Source of the DNA: the human T2T-CHM13v2.0 reference genome, Homo sapiens | Strand: one strand, 5' to 3' | Length of the DNA stretch: 64,000 nt | NCBI RefSeq assembly: GCF_009914755.1 | Contig: NC_060944.1 | Part shown: one piece after another, positions 1-18,038 of the stretch | Numbering within the stretch: position 1 is the stretch's first letter | How the letters are laid out: the number at the start of each line of letters is the position of its first letter | Program-made: the position numbers and the translations under genes | Notes under the pieces: generated by a model | What the model was told of the DNA's origin: nothing | The model's input: the letters and a program-made list of their open reading frames with translations, nothing else | Databases searched by the model: none

Positions 1-134
1 GTGCTGGGCCACACCTGTAAGCCCAGCACTTTGGGTGGCCAAGGTGGGATTGCTTGAGGCCAGGAGTTTGAGACCAACCTGGGCAACAAAGCAAGACACC
101 CACTCCCCATGTCAAAAGCAGAAGCGAAGAGAAG

Positions 135-172
135 GGGAGGGGAGGGGAGAGGAGGGGAGGGGAGGGGAGGGA
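135..172 (+). repeat. (GGGGA)n purine simple repeat following a FLAM/Alu monomer (~5-110)
   Basis: Repeated GGGGA units seen directly. Confidence 0.85.
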
Positions 173-480
173 AAGGAGAAGGAAAGAGGCAAGAAGAACA
201 CACTAGAAAAGTAGCTGTTTGGTTGTTTTTTAATTTATTATCTCCACTTTGCAGATGGGGAAACTGGGACTCAGACAATTAAATAACTTGTCCATGGCCA
301 CTATGCTTAGCAGGGTAAGGCTGGAGTTTTGAACCTAAGTCTCTTTGGCTCCAGTGCCCATACTCTCTTGGCTGAGTCTCCCAAAGGCAAATCCTGTCCC
401 CAGACACAAAATAAACAGATTCAAAGATTGGGGGTGAATGGGTGGAGGTGAGGAAGATGCAGCAAAAAGAACTTGCAGGA

Positions 481-775
481 GGCCAGGCGCGGTGGCTCAC
501 GCCTGCAATCCCAGCACTTTGGGAGGCTGAGACAGGTGGATCTCCTGAGGTCAGGAGTTTGAGACCAGCCTGGCCAAAGTAGTGAAACCCCATCTCTACT
601 AAAAATACAAAAATTACCCGGGTGTGGTGGCAGGCACCTATAATCCCAGGTACTCGGGAGGCTGAGGCCGGAGAATCACCTGAATCCGGGAGGCAGGTTG
701 CAGTGAGCTGAGATCATGTCATTGCACTCCAGCCTGGGGGACAGAGCGATACTCCATCTAAAAAAACAAAAAAAG
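481..775 (+). mobile_element. AluS
   Basis: GGCCAGGCGCGGTGGCTCAC start, dimer, A-tail, flanking duplication AACTTGCAGGA. Confidence 0.95.
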
Positions 776-1546
776 AATAACTTGCAGGACAGAGGCAGGG
801 GAGACCAGCATATTAAGTGAGCCTATTTTTCATTCCTTCTCCCACTAGAATATATTGAAGAAAACCACAGACTTCATATTATTTCATCGATAAATATTTC
901 AGTATGTATCTCAGAAAGATAAGGCTCTTTTTTAGACATAGTCACAATCCCATTATCACACTTTAAAAAAAAAATCTAACAATAATTCCTATTAAGGAAA
1001 CCTATCGAGGACAATCTGACAAGACCTCAGAATGGAAGTGGGCTTGTATATCTTGAGCCAGCACTGTCACAAAGCCATGATAAGGAATTTAAATTTTCCC
1101 AAGATAATTACAGCCAAGGCGAACAGGGGGTTGGAAATGCAGGAGATTTGAGAAGCTTGTCTGGCTCTGGAAAGGAAATGTTATAAAGGAAGAAAAAAAA
1201 GACTGGAAAGGTTTACAGAGTACAAAAGACAAGACTCTTCTTTCTTTCTGACTTCCCCTTTCCTCATGCGAGGGTCTTTAGTCATAAATGAGAAATAGGA
1301 ACCCGGGCTAGAGTGAAACCAAATGGATAAAAATAACACAACAAATACAGTATTGCTAAATGCAATGAGATAGAGGCATGGGGTTTATTTCCCACAAGGC
1401 TGTGCAAACTGCTCACTTCTTAGATAAAGGCTCTTCAGTTGCTGCTATTCAGAATCCCAGCTTCCTGAGAGGTCATGTCCATTGATTATTAACTGGTTAT
1501 TGTGGACACTGACCTTCTACTAGGCATCAAGAAATCAGATTTCTAG

Positions 1547-2252
<706 letters not shown>

Positions 2253-2343
2253 TTAGACCATAAGACCTCATCATTTCCTTTAAGAGTCGAGTTCTCTGAT
2301 TCAGTGAATACCTAGTGAAACAGTGCTTACTTCCTGGGGTTTA

Positions 2344-3284
<941 letters not shown>

Positions 3285-3673
3285 GGAAGGAGGGGCTGTG
3301 TGGCTCTTGGCTCCAGCTGCTCTGATTTCTTTTTTCAGTTCCTCCAAGGTGCTCTGTTCTTTCTTGCTGCATGGCCTCTGCTGTGTCCTCTCCCTGGAAG
3401 GCAGCTCTTTCCCCCGATCAACTTCCACTCAGACCTTAGCTTAAATGTGTTGCCTCCAGGAAGCCCTCCTTGGCCTTCTGATAAGACAAACCACTCCATT
3501 TTAAGTTCTTACGTCATTAGTCACTTTTAAAAAATAGTGCTCCTCACTGTTATCATTCTTAATGTATTTATGTGATTTTATCATTCTTTAATGTATTTAA
3601 TGAATTTATGTGTATTATGTGATTTACATGTTTCTAAAAAAATGTCTAATTTTGAAACAACATTGAGCTTTTA

Positions 3674-5048
<1,375 letters not shown>

Positions 5049-5641
5049 TCAACAATTGTTAACATTTTGTCACATTTCCTTTGTGATTCTCTCTCCCTGT
5101 CTCTTTATATGTATACGTATAGATTATATGTAATCATACCTATATACATATAATATATGATTGTTTTTTCTGAACCTCTTAAGCATAATTTGCAGATATC
5201 TTGCCCCTTTACCCCTAAATAAGATCTTCACTTACACAGCCACAGTTGTATAAATGATCTGATTAATGGAATAACATCTGTTTTGACTTAAATGTAGGTT
5301 CCATGAGGGTGCGGCGGTATCTTGCTTTTTCACCCACGTATGTGTCACCTAGCATAGTGCCTGGTGCATAGCTGGGACTCGAAATATTTGTTGAACGTAC
5401 AAGAATTCCTGAATTCCAAGGGCTTGCCATTAATATGGTGTTCTTGCCCCGCGGCCAGCTTTCTCACTCAGCCTGCTGCACGTGTTGGATGGGGCTGGGT
5501 GTTGAGACTTGTCCCGCCCATCTCTCGGTGGGGAATCAGGATCCCATCAAGGTAAATCAGTGCCTGAAGATGTGGCTTTGGCTTCTGTCATTTCTGTTAA
5601 ATCCTCTCCAGCCAGCTCTGACCCTTGCCGAGCTACATTCC

Positions 5642-5948
<307 letters not shown>

Positions 5949-6313
5949 CGAACTACATCCTTGACTGGCAGCCACCTCTCCTCTGGCTCGGTGGCACCTG
6001 TTGGCCATCACACCCAGTTAACTGGCCCCATGAGAGAGTTCTGGCAAAGGCAGCTGAAAGGCTGGCCAATCTTCCCAGGCAGTTGCCTTTGTGAGGCACT
6101 GGCCTCAGCCTTGGAAACTGCCCTCTGTCCCCTTGGCCCACCAGGTGCTTTGGCCTACCTTACCGCCCACGTTGTGCTCTCCTGTTAGGATGTCGTAGCT
6201 CTTAGTTTACATAGGGGGCCAGTGGAGGGCATGATGTCCTCAGGGCAAGTAAGAGCTGGGGCCCACAGCCCACAGAATCCTGAGTTGGACAGGCTTTTAG
6301 AGATCAGATAGGA

Positions 6314-6490
6314 CAGTGGTTTTCCAAATGTGGTCCCCAGTCAGCACCATCTGCACCTCCCGGGCACTTGGTAGACGTACCCCACCCCAGCTCTATTGAA
6401 TCAGGAACTGATTAGGGTAGGGCACAACCATCTATGTTTTAATCAGCCCTTCAGGAGGTTCAGATGCGTGCTCAGGTTTGCAACCTTTTG
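6314..6490. mobile_element. MER5A-like hAT-Charlie MITE
   Basis: CAGTGGTTTTCCAAA...GAATCAG...TGTTTTAATCAGCCCTTCAGGAGGTTC...GTTTGCAACC pattern. Confidence 0.7.
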
Positions 6491-6652
6491 CTTTAGGCCA
6501 ACCCTGGCAGTTTTCAGGGCGGGGGTGGGGGGTTCACGCGGCTCCTGCCTCTCACATAGCACATTCTTTGCTCGCTGTTGCCCATCTGCAGCTACTGGCT
6601 TTTTAAAACAATGTTTTCAGAATAAAAAATAAGCTTATCACGGAGTTATTAC

Positions 6653-6666
6653 ATTACCATGGCAAC
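6653..6666. promoter_or_regulatory. Candidate RFX X-box
   Basis: ATTACCATGGCAAC, one mismatch from GTTNCCATGGNAAC, in non-repeat sequence. Confidence 0.45.
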
Positions 6667-6923
6667 CTGGCACCTGACTAGACAGAAGCAGGTAGCACAA
6701 CTGCCTTGGGGTCTCAGTGGCACTAAAGTAATCGTGGATTTTTGCTCTGTGGGCTGTTCTGCGTATGAACAGCTTCTTTGTTTCTCTTGTCTTTTCCCCC
6801 TTTTTTCTCCTGTTTTCGGTTTGGACCCTTATTCCTCTCTCACCTCATTAGGAGCAAAGAATAATTGTTTTAGATTTTCCAAGAGGCTGCCACATCTGAC
6901 CTCTCCTTTGAAACTAACAATAA

Positions 6924-7944
<1,021 letters not shown>

Positions 7945-10479
7945 GCCTTATGGTTTTTAAGAGTCTGTTCCATAGTGTAGATGTATCACCATTTAAGCAG
8001 TCCCCTGTTGATAAATATTTGGGTTGCTCCTAGTCTTCTGCTATTTTCATCCTCATTTAACAGCTAGAAAAGTTGTGATTCAGAGAGGGACATGACCTGT
8101 GAAAGTTCCCAAAGCAAACGTTGGCATCTTCAGGCATTGCTTAGCTACAGAATATAAGAAAAAAGGAAGAGATGACTGACCCCTGAATTAGAGAAAACAC
8201 AGAGCCATCCAGCGACCTGATTTCCTCTTCTGCCACACTAGTGTCTTAACTAGTTCAGTTAAATTCTTCTAACGTTGCCTGATATGGAATTAAATAATCA
8301 TTTATGGAAGTATTTTAAATCTGTCTTCCTTGCTAGACAGTAACCTTTGTTAGGGCAGGGACTATGTTTTCCTCACTCCTTCATCCCTAGCAAGGACTAT
8401 ACTCCTAGAAAGTACTAAGTATATAGCAGGTGCTCAATAAATACCTGTTAAATGAATGAATGAATGGATCAGGATTGTGCGTGGTTAAGACAGTGGGCTT
8501 AGAGATCTTGCTTTGAATCCTGGGTTTAACAGTTATTACTATGTAATCCTAGACCCATCATTCAGCTTCTCAATACCTCCATTTCCTTAGGTGTGACATG
8601 GAAACGCTCCCTTGGGATTGCTGGATCAGGTGAGCAAACGCAGGTCAGGTATCCATCACAGGGTCTGTGTGCAGTGAGGCCTCAGCCATTTTTCCTAAGC
8701 CAGAGCTTCTTCCAACATCATATGCTGCCTGGAAATTCTGATGAAGGAACCGAAGAATCTTCAAGGCGGAGGTAATTTGAGCTGGGCCCTGAAGGAGGAG
8801 TAAGATTCCAGCTTATGTGGCCAGGGCCAGATTTCTTTCCTGAGTTCATCCAACTACAAAATGGAGATGATGACACCCAGTTTCTGTCTCCCTCTGGGAG
8901 CGCTGGTCTGGCTTAAAGTCTCTCAAGAGGAAAAACATCATACAATTAAAAGGCACCATCGTTATTCAACTGGAAAAGTGCCTTCCCGGGACAAGTGATT
9001 CTGCTTGTGCTGTGTATGATTGGATATTTAGTGTGAATTTAACCCAGGGTGTCAACTGTGCTGTCAGTTAGAGCTAAGTGTAATGGGGCACTTAGTAAAT
9101 GTGGAGGTAATTAAAGCCATCCAGATGCTGGATGTGGGTGAGCTTTGTGCTGCCTCTGGGACTGAAATGCTTTAGAGAGATGAAGTTCTGGAGTCTCTTT
9201 TTGGGGTGCACTGGGAGTGTAAGTCCCGGCGTTGGCCTTTGCTGCTGCTGTACCCTTCTGCTGGAGACTGAAAGCCACCTATTCTGGGAAGCCTTCCCTG
9301 ATCACCAAGACAGAATCTGATGTTCTGGGTTTTCCTGGCACCGCACACACTTCTCACAATATCCTATTATCTTAGTTTGTTTCTATGCCCATCTCCCCCA
9401 ACTGGAGTCCAAGATATTGTCCCTAGGATTTTTCTGACATACAGTTAGTGCTCAATAAGTGTCTGCTGAATGAAGCTTTTCAGGTTTCACAACCATGGGA
9501 AATCTTGGGTCTCAAGAACAGATCAAGGTGTTTGATTTTCCTGGGAAGGGTAGACCCTGTGTAGTTCTGGCAAGTGATCCCTCTTCTGATGGAAATTCTG
9601 TTTGATGCCCTCCCTAGTGAGGCCAGGGTGGCAACGTGAGCCTATCCTCCTTTGCAGCAGACCTGAGCCCTGTAGATTTACAGATATCTGAGTGTGGAAT
9701 CCAGCCCTGAGTCCACACCTTGTAGAAAGCAGGAGGAGAGCAGGCCTTGAACAACTGAAGTTGCTTATCTGCTATGAGCCTCCTGGAGGCCCAAATAAAG
9801 AATCCAGAATGTGGCGAGTCTCCACTGCTGCCTGGGCCCTGTTGCCTCTAAGATGAACTTATCGCTGACCTTTCTGGCACATGGAGAATGTCCCCACTGC
9901 CCGGAGAAGAGAGGCCTCTCCTTGTGGTCCTGCATTCTGGACTCAGTGGGATCCACCGCACTCAGCATTCTTGGCTTCATGCTGGAGCTGAGCGTAAGGT
10001 GAGAAGGAGTTGCTGGGAACACTGTGATACCTGGCTCAGGCAGGAACCACCCAAGTCAGGCATGATCAGATCTTGGACTGACAGCCACCTGCTCTGAACA
10101 AGGCCCTGGACTCTGGACTTACCACTGTCTCTGACCAACCCTTCCAGCTGGCCTTTCTACCTCCAGATTCGGAGTCTGGAGTCAGGCTTCTGGCTGGTCA
10201 TGGTTAGGTCCAGTGTCCATGCTCCAGCAGGAATTGAGGGGAGCGTGTCCCTCCCATTCGTCTGCCATTATCTCCCTGCTTCTTGGGATTCCCACAAATG
10301 GGGTCTCAGATGCTGGGCAGCCCAAGTGACAAATACTAGCTGGGTTCCCATTCTATGAACTTGATATTCTCTCTCGGAGGGCTCCATCTCCTGGGCCCAT
10401 CTCTGCCCCATGTGGTGTCTGCTGAGGTGCCTGGGTCTAGAGAATCCACTTCCAAGATAGTTTCTTTGTTCAAAAAATG

Positions 10480-10786
10480 TTTTTTTTTATTTTTTTATTT
10501 TTATTTGAGATGGAGTCTTGCTCTGTCACCCAGGCTGGAGTGCAGTGGCGCAATATTGGTTTACTGCAAACTCCGACTCCCTAGTTCAAACAGTTCTCCT
10601 GTTTCAGCCTCCTGAGTAGCTGGGATTACAGGCACATGCCACCATACCCAGCTAATTTTTGTATTTTAGTAGAGACGGGGTTTCACCATGTTGGCCAGGC
10701 TGGTCTTGAACTCCTGACCTTGTGATCTGCCTGCCTTGGCTTTCCAAAGTGCTGGGATTACAGGCGTGAGCCACTGTGCCTGGCCC
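10480..10786 (-). mobile_element. AluS
   Basis: Antisense Alu consensus. Confidence 0.95.
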
Positions 10787-10862
10787 AAAATTTTAAAACG
10801 AAAAATTAAAACATACAAAAAAGCCAAAAGAATTGTTCAAAAAATGCTATACCCATCATCTA

Positions 10863-10910
10863 TTAGGTTGGAACAAAAGTAATTGCGGTTTTTGCCATTC
10901 CTTAACCTAA
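10863..10910. mobile_element. MADE1 (Hsmar1-derived MITE), internally deleted
   Basis: TTAGGTTGGAACAAAAGTAATTGCGGTTTTTGCCATT matches one MADE1 arm; only AACCTAA of the other arm remains. Confidence 0.85.
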
Positions 10911-11278
10911 CAGATTCTATGCTTAACTTTCATTCTGCCACATTTACTTTAACACACATGCATCCATCTCTCCACCGCTCTGAGGTAGCTTCTTCACTCT
11001 TGGGTCTGATGCCTGATGCTCCCTGCACTCTTTCTCCCTATGTGGCCTGAGCTTCTCACAGCTCGGTGGTCTCGGGATAGTTGTTCTTTCTGCATGGTGG
11101 CTGATTTCCAGGCCAGTTCAACACCATGCTTGAAACTGACACAGCATCTCTTCCACAATTGTCTATTGCTCAAAGCAGTCACTGGGTAGAAGAGCATGTG
11201 GGATGGGGAATACCAGCCACTTAGGATAAACAGTCAGCTGCAAAGGGTGGTCAGTGGAGCCTTGAAAAGGTGATATTG

Positions 11279-11675
<397 letters not shown>

Positions 11676-12464
11676 CTATGGAAAGAGAATGAACCTGTCT
11701 TGTGGAGAGCCAGAAGACAGCATTCTAGACAGAGAGACCGACAAAGGCAATGGTTTGAAGGTGGAAAAGCAAATGTCGTACCTCTACTTTCCCTTTTCCA
11801 CATCCAAATCCAGCCCATCATTCGGGACCCACATTGAGCTGCCTCCCTCACGAGGCCTTCCTAGATACTTCGGCGCGTGCTGATCCTGCCCCTCTTCCTA
11901 GAGCTTTCATGTGTGTACACTCATCTGACATGCACAGGTCAGCTGGGTAGTGCAAAGGTTATGCATGCAGACTCTGCGAGGCCTTAGGGAAGCTGCTTAA
12001 CTTTTCCAGCCTTAGGTTTCTTCACCTGTAATGCCTACTTTATAGGGTGCTGGGGGAGAATATTGATACGTGTAAAGTGCTTGGCACCTTTACACATATG
12101 AATATGCAATAAACAGCAGCTACAATTAATACAAAACTGGCTCACTCAGTCAAGTGTGACTCCAAGAAAATATTTTTCAGAGAAGAGGCTACGGCTTTTT
12201 TGGCTTTTTCTTCTTCATTGTGCAATCACTGTGCCTTGCATAGATATTAGGCATAGAAATAAGCCTGCCACAAAGCTCTCCTCCGTGCTGTGGTGCTCAT
12301 GGAGCCATGCAGGGCACAGAGACAGCAAAACTCAGCTGGAGGCCTCTAAGAGCTTCTAGAGAGTGAGCAAGTAGCTGTGCCTGTCATTGTGCCTGCAGCA
12401 GTCACTTGGGCGATCTTTTACATTTGGATACAGAGAGTAACAGGTTTCAAAGCACCTGCACACC

Positions 12465-13740
<1,276 letters not shown>

Positions 13741-14059
13741 TGATTGATTAGTGGGGGTGACAGACATTGACCCCTAGTCTATAAGCACAGTCAGGGTAGG
13801 ATCCCACCTACTCACCATTGTCTTCCCAGTTTCATAGTGCATGATCCAGAGTAGAAACTCCATAAATATTTTTTAAATGAATAAATTATGCATTTTGGGT
13901 CCCCCATGCCACCTCACATAGTATGGGATTAGTGAATGTTGAGTGTATTATTTGTCTTCTAAGAGACTGAATTCCTTTAGGGCAAGATAGGTCTCTCTCT
14001 CTCTCTTTTTTTTTTTTGGAGTCTCTGGTATCTAACCTCTGTTCCTTGATCCTCTATGT

Positions 14060-14570
14060 ATGTTATCTAGGCTGCATAACCAATTATCCTAAAACTTAGG
14101 AGCTTAAAACAATAACATTTAGTATTTCACAATTTCTGTGAGGCAGGCATTCAAGTGGCATTGCAAGGTATTTCTGGCTCAAGGTTGCTCTTGAGTTTAC
14201 ACTGAAGATTTTGGCCAGGCCACAGTCATTTGAAAGCTTGACTAGGACTGCTGGAGCCACTTGGCTCATACACATGGCTGGCAAGTTGGAGCTGGTTGTT
14301 GGCAGGCAGCTCAGTTACTCCCCATGCGAGCCTCTCCATAGGACTGCTTGAGTGTCTTCACAACATGGATTCCCCATGAGCAATCAAGACAGAGGAAAGA
14401 GGAAGTTGCAATGTCTTTTATGACTTTATCTTGGAACTCGTGCTCCAAGATTTCCGCAATATCCTATGGGTTATACAGGTCAGTCTTATTCTTGGTGGGA
14501 GGTGACTACAGAGGGGTATGGATATCAGGAGCCAAGAATCGTCAGGGTTTATGGTGGAGGCTGGTTATCA
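14060..14570 (-). mobile_element. MLT1 (F/G/H-like) LTR
   Basis: GCTGCATAACCAATTATCCTAAAACTTAG..GCTTAAAACAATAACATT..CTCACA-type motif. Confidence 0.7.
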
Positions 14571-14917
14571 CACTCTCATCTAGGTTTCTTTTTCTCCTAC
14601 TACTTGCCCCCCACCCCTTCTTAATCATGGCACACTGTTCTTTGCCTTCAAAAAACTTATCCTGTTATATGATTACACATTCATTTAATTAGTCTGTCTC
14701 CCTCCAACGGACTGTAAGCACCACAAGGGCAGAGACTGTATGTGTCTGCTTTAGCACTGTGTCCTCAGTTACAAGGACAAAGCATAGAGTACGCGCTCAG
14801 TGAATGCTTTTTGAATGAATTATAATGATTTGCTTCTGTCTGAATTACAAGAGGTGTTTCTGTTTGTCTCCTCTCTGCATTGTAGGCTCCTAGCTCAGGA
14901 CCTGGCATAAAATTAAG

Positions 14918-15151
14918 GAAATGAACGTGAGAAACACTTTTGAAATAGTGACAACACATCCAGATGAACATTTTGCAGGACAGCTACACACCCGTTTTAG
15001 CTCACCAGCTACCAGTTGTGACTGTGCTCTGCTCTGGGAGATGGCTTAGCTTTGCATAGGACAAAATTCTAATCTAGTTTCGCGCAGTTCTTACGAATTT
15101 GTTACAATGAGACGGGCCAAGCTATACAGCCCATTGCGATGAATAAGTAAC
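14918..15151 (+). repeat. Local direct duplication, copy 1 (upstream of promoter)
   Basis: Aligns by eye to 16272-16495; shared blocks GTGACAACACAT, ATTTTGCAGG, GCTACCAG, TGGCTTAGCTTTGCAT, TTCTAATCTAGTTT, GACGGGCCA, CCCATTGC, GTAAC. Confidence 0.9.
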
Positions 15152-15460
15152 TTTTTTTTTTTTTTTTTTTTTTTTTTGAGGAAGAGTCTCATTCTGTCGC
15201 CCAGGCTGGAGTGCAGTGGCGCGATCTCGGCTCACTGCAACTTCTGCCTCCCGGGATTCAAGAGATTCTCTTGCCTCAGCCTCCCAAGCAGCTGGGATTA
15301 CAGGCGCCCGCCACCACGCCCGGCTAATTTTTGTATTTTTGGTAGAGACGGGGTTTCACCATGTTGACCAGGCTGGTCTCGAACTCCTGACCTCAAGTGA
15401 TCCGTCCGCCTCGGCCTCCCAAAGTGCTGGGATTACAGGCGTGAGCCACCGTGCCCAGCC
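15152..15460 (-). mobile_element. AluS, CpG-rich, about 230 bp upstream of the promoter core
   Basis: Long poly-T plus antisense Alu retaining many CpGs; flanking duplication AAGTAA(C/T)TT. Confidence 0.95.
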
Positions 15461-15619
15461 CCGAGAAGTAATTTCTTTTGTTTTCTTTTTAATTAAACAA
15501 AAATGTTGCTGAAACGAGCTGAGTGATATAGGAGCTTAAAGAATTGACAAGCTCTAGATTTCATTTCCCCAAACCTCTTTGTCCAGCTCGAACCCACAGA
15601 ACAGGGACAAAAGTCGACA

Positions 15620-16060
15620 AAACCCAGCGGTGCCTCACCCAGAAACCTGGCAACGCGGGCGGAACAGAGCCGGTTGGTTGCTCAGTGCGCGTCACTTCCG
15701 GGACTCAGGGTCGCAGGGAACTACTTCCGGGGGAGCGGCGCGGCGGCGCGGGAGGTGAGTGCCGCAGCTTTGCGGTGGGGTGGGAACCGAGAGAGAGCCG
15801 TCCTCGGTGCGGTGGCCTGGCTTTCCCGGCCGGCCTGTCTCCAGCGGCGCCGCTTGGTGGGCCCGGCTGTCGCTCCGCTCAGGGCCTGAATACGTTCCCT
15901 CGGCGGTTGTTCGAAAGTTACTTCCGGAGGGGAATTTGAGCCCCCCGGGAGGCGGAGGGCCTCGCCTGGGGCAGCCCTGCGCTTTCGTGCGGAGGCTGGG
16001 CCAGAACCCAGGGCTCCTCATGGCCTGGTCCGGGCCTTTCCTCCCACGGGTGGAGCAGTA
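15620..16060 (+). promoter_or_regulatory. MANBAL: CpG-island, TATA-less promoter of MANBAL with three ETS/GABP motifs
   Basis: Densest non-Alu CpG cluster in the window. ACTTCCGG at 15694-15701, 15723-15730 and 15920-15927. Consensus donor GAG|GTGAGT at 15754/15755. Confidence 0.9.
15700..15754 (+). other. MANBAL: MANBAL exon 1 (non-coding 5'UTR; start approximate)
   Basis: GC-rich, no ATG, inside the CpG island, ends at GGGAG|GTGAGT. The TSS cannot be fixed from sequence alone. Confidence 0.8.
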
Positions 16061-16271
16061 GGAGAACCCTGAGCTCCAGAGTGAATCTGGCCAGGGTTCG
16101 AATCCGTATGGCTCTCTTACCGTGGGCAAGTCACGGTTCCTCTCTGGCCCTCAGTTTCGTCTTCTAAAATGGACATACACGCTTGTACTGCGGGGTAAAC
16201 CGAGGTGGTGAATGTAAAGCCCTTAGTAGGTGCACAGTCCATGTTTGTTGTACGAATTCTAAGAGAAGCGA

Positions 16272-16495
16272 GAAATGAATATGAGAAACATTTTTAAAAT
16301 GGTGACAACACATTTAGATTAATAATTATATTTTGCAGGGCATCTGCACACCAGTTTCAGCCCACCGGCTACCAGTGTGACTTTGCCCAGAGAGGTGGCT
16401 TAGCTTTGCATTCTAATCTAGTTTTGCGTGGTTCTTAGGAATTTGTTTTAATGGGACGGGCCAGGCTGTACAACCCATTGCCATAAAGCGGTAAC
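16272..16495 (+). repeat. Local direct duplication, copy 2 (intron 1)
   Basis: Same ordered blocks as 14918-15151. Confidence 0.9.
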
Positions 16496-16529
16496 TTCTT
16501 TTTCTTTCCTTTTTTTTTTTTTTAAAGCC

Positions 16530-16978
16530 ATTCTATTTATTTATTTAGAGACGGAGTCTCTCTCTCGTCCACGCTGAAGGGCAGTGGCGGGATCTTGGCT
16601 CACTGCAACCTCCGCTTCTTGGGTTCAAGCGATTCTCCTGCCTCAGCTTTCCGAATAGCTGGGATTACAGACGTGTGCCACCACGCCCGGCTAATTTTTG
16701 TATCTTTAGTAAAGACAGGGTTTCACCATGTTGGCCAGGCTGGTCTCAAACTCCCGACCTCAGGTGATCCACCCGCCTCGGCCTCCCAGAGTGTTGGGAT
16801 TATAGGCGGGAGCCACCACACCCGGCTTTTTTTTCTTTTTAATTAAAAAAAAGTTGAAATAGAGATGGAGTCTCACTATGTTTTCCTGCCTGGTCTTGAA
16901 CTCCTGGAGGCAAGATATCCTTCCTCCTGGACCTCCCAAAGTGTTTGGGATTACTGGCAAGAGCCACTGTGCCTGGCC
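16530..16978 (-). mobile_element. AluS (~16530-16826) inserted in the tail of a FLAM (~16855-16978)
   Basis: Outer duplication AAAGCGGTAACTTCT / AAAACAGTAACTTCT flanks the composite. Confidence 0.85.
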
Positions 16979-17674
16979 TAAAACAGTAACTTCTGACACT
17001 GGTTTCTATTCCCCAGTCTGTTTTCAGCTGAATTTTCACAATAGAATTTAAAGTTACTTCATTAGAAGCCAAGAATGGCCTACCAGCACAGTACACAACA
17101 TTGGGAGATGAAGGCCTGTGGCAGTCGTGAAATCTGAGTTTTTCAGTCTTAAGAGAAGATTTAGTATTTGCTAAGTCTTGAGAGCTATACTTGTCTCAGT
17201 GGTTTTTTATTTATTTGTTTTGAAATGTTGACCCATTCTTTTTTTCCCCAATAACCTTTTTGTTTTAGAATAATTTTAGATTTACAAAGTTATCGCAAAG
17301 ATACTTCAGTGAGTGCCCATATAGCCCACGTTTCCCCTATTACTAATATCTGAAATGTCACAATTACTGAACCAATATTGATACATTATTATTAACTCTA
17401 ATCTGTACTTTATTCACATTTCCTTAGTTTTTCCCTAATGTCCTTTTTCTGTCCTGGTATTATCCAGGGCACCCTATTACATTTAGTCATCATATCTCTT
17501 TAGGCTCATCATCTCTGTGATCGTTTCTCAGACTTCCCTTGTTTTAGATGAACTTGAGGGTTTTGAAGATAGTACTGACTGGTCAGATATTTTGCAGAAG
17601 GACCTTTAATTAGGATTTGCCTGTTTTTGACATGAGTAAGATCAGGGTAATGGGTTTTTGGGGAGGAGGACCAC

Positions 17675-18038
17675 TGATAGGGTTCGGCTGTGTCCCCACC
17701 CAAATCTCATCTTGAATTGTAGCTCCCATAATCCCCCCATGTTGTGGGAGGGTCCTGGTGGGAGACAATTGAATCATGGGGGTGGGTCTTTCCCATGCTA
17801 TTCTCCTGATAGTGAATAAGTCTCAGGAGATCTGATGGTTTTATAAAGGGCAGTTCCCCTGCACACACTCTCTTGCCTGCTGTCACATAAGACATGCCCT
17901 TGCCTCCCCTTTGCCTTTTGCCGTGATTGTGAGGCCTACCCACCCATGTGGAACCGTGAGTCCGTTAAACCTCTTTTTCTTTATTAATTACCCAGTCTCG
18001 GGTATTTCTTCAAAGTGGTATGAAAATGGACTAATCCA
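17675..18038 (+). mobile_element. THE1 (ERVL-MaLR) solo LTR inside an old L1M fragment
   Basis: TGATAGGGTTCGGCTGTGTCCCCACCCAAATCTCATCTTGAATTG...GACTAATCCA; 5-bp TSD ACCAC at 17670-17674 and 18039-18043. Confidence 0.92.

Noticed and set aside
8591-8629. 39-nt AG/GT-bounded exon-like unit in a MIR
   Set aside because: Intergenic, with no linked promoter or partner exon evident; such matches are frequent by chance.
15544-16129. Overlapping 100-145 aa ORFs at the promoter
   Set aside because: Stop-poor GC-rich CpG island; non-ATG starts; several cross the exon 1 donor.
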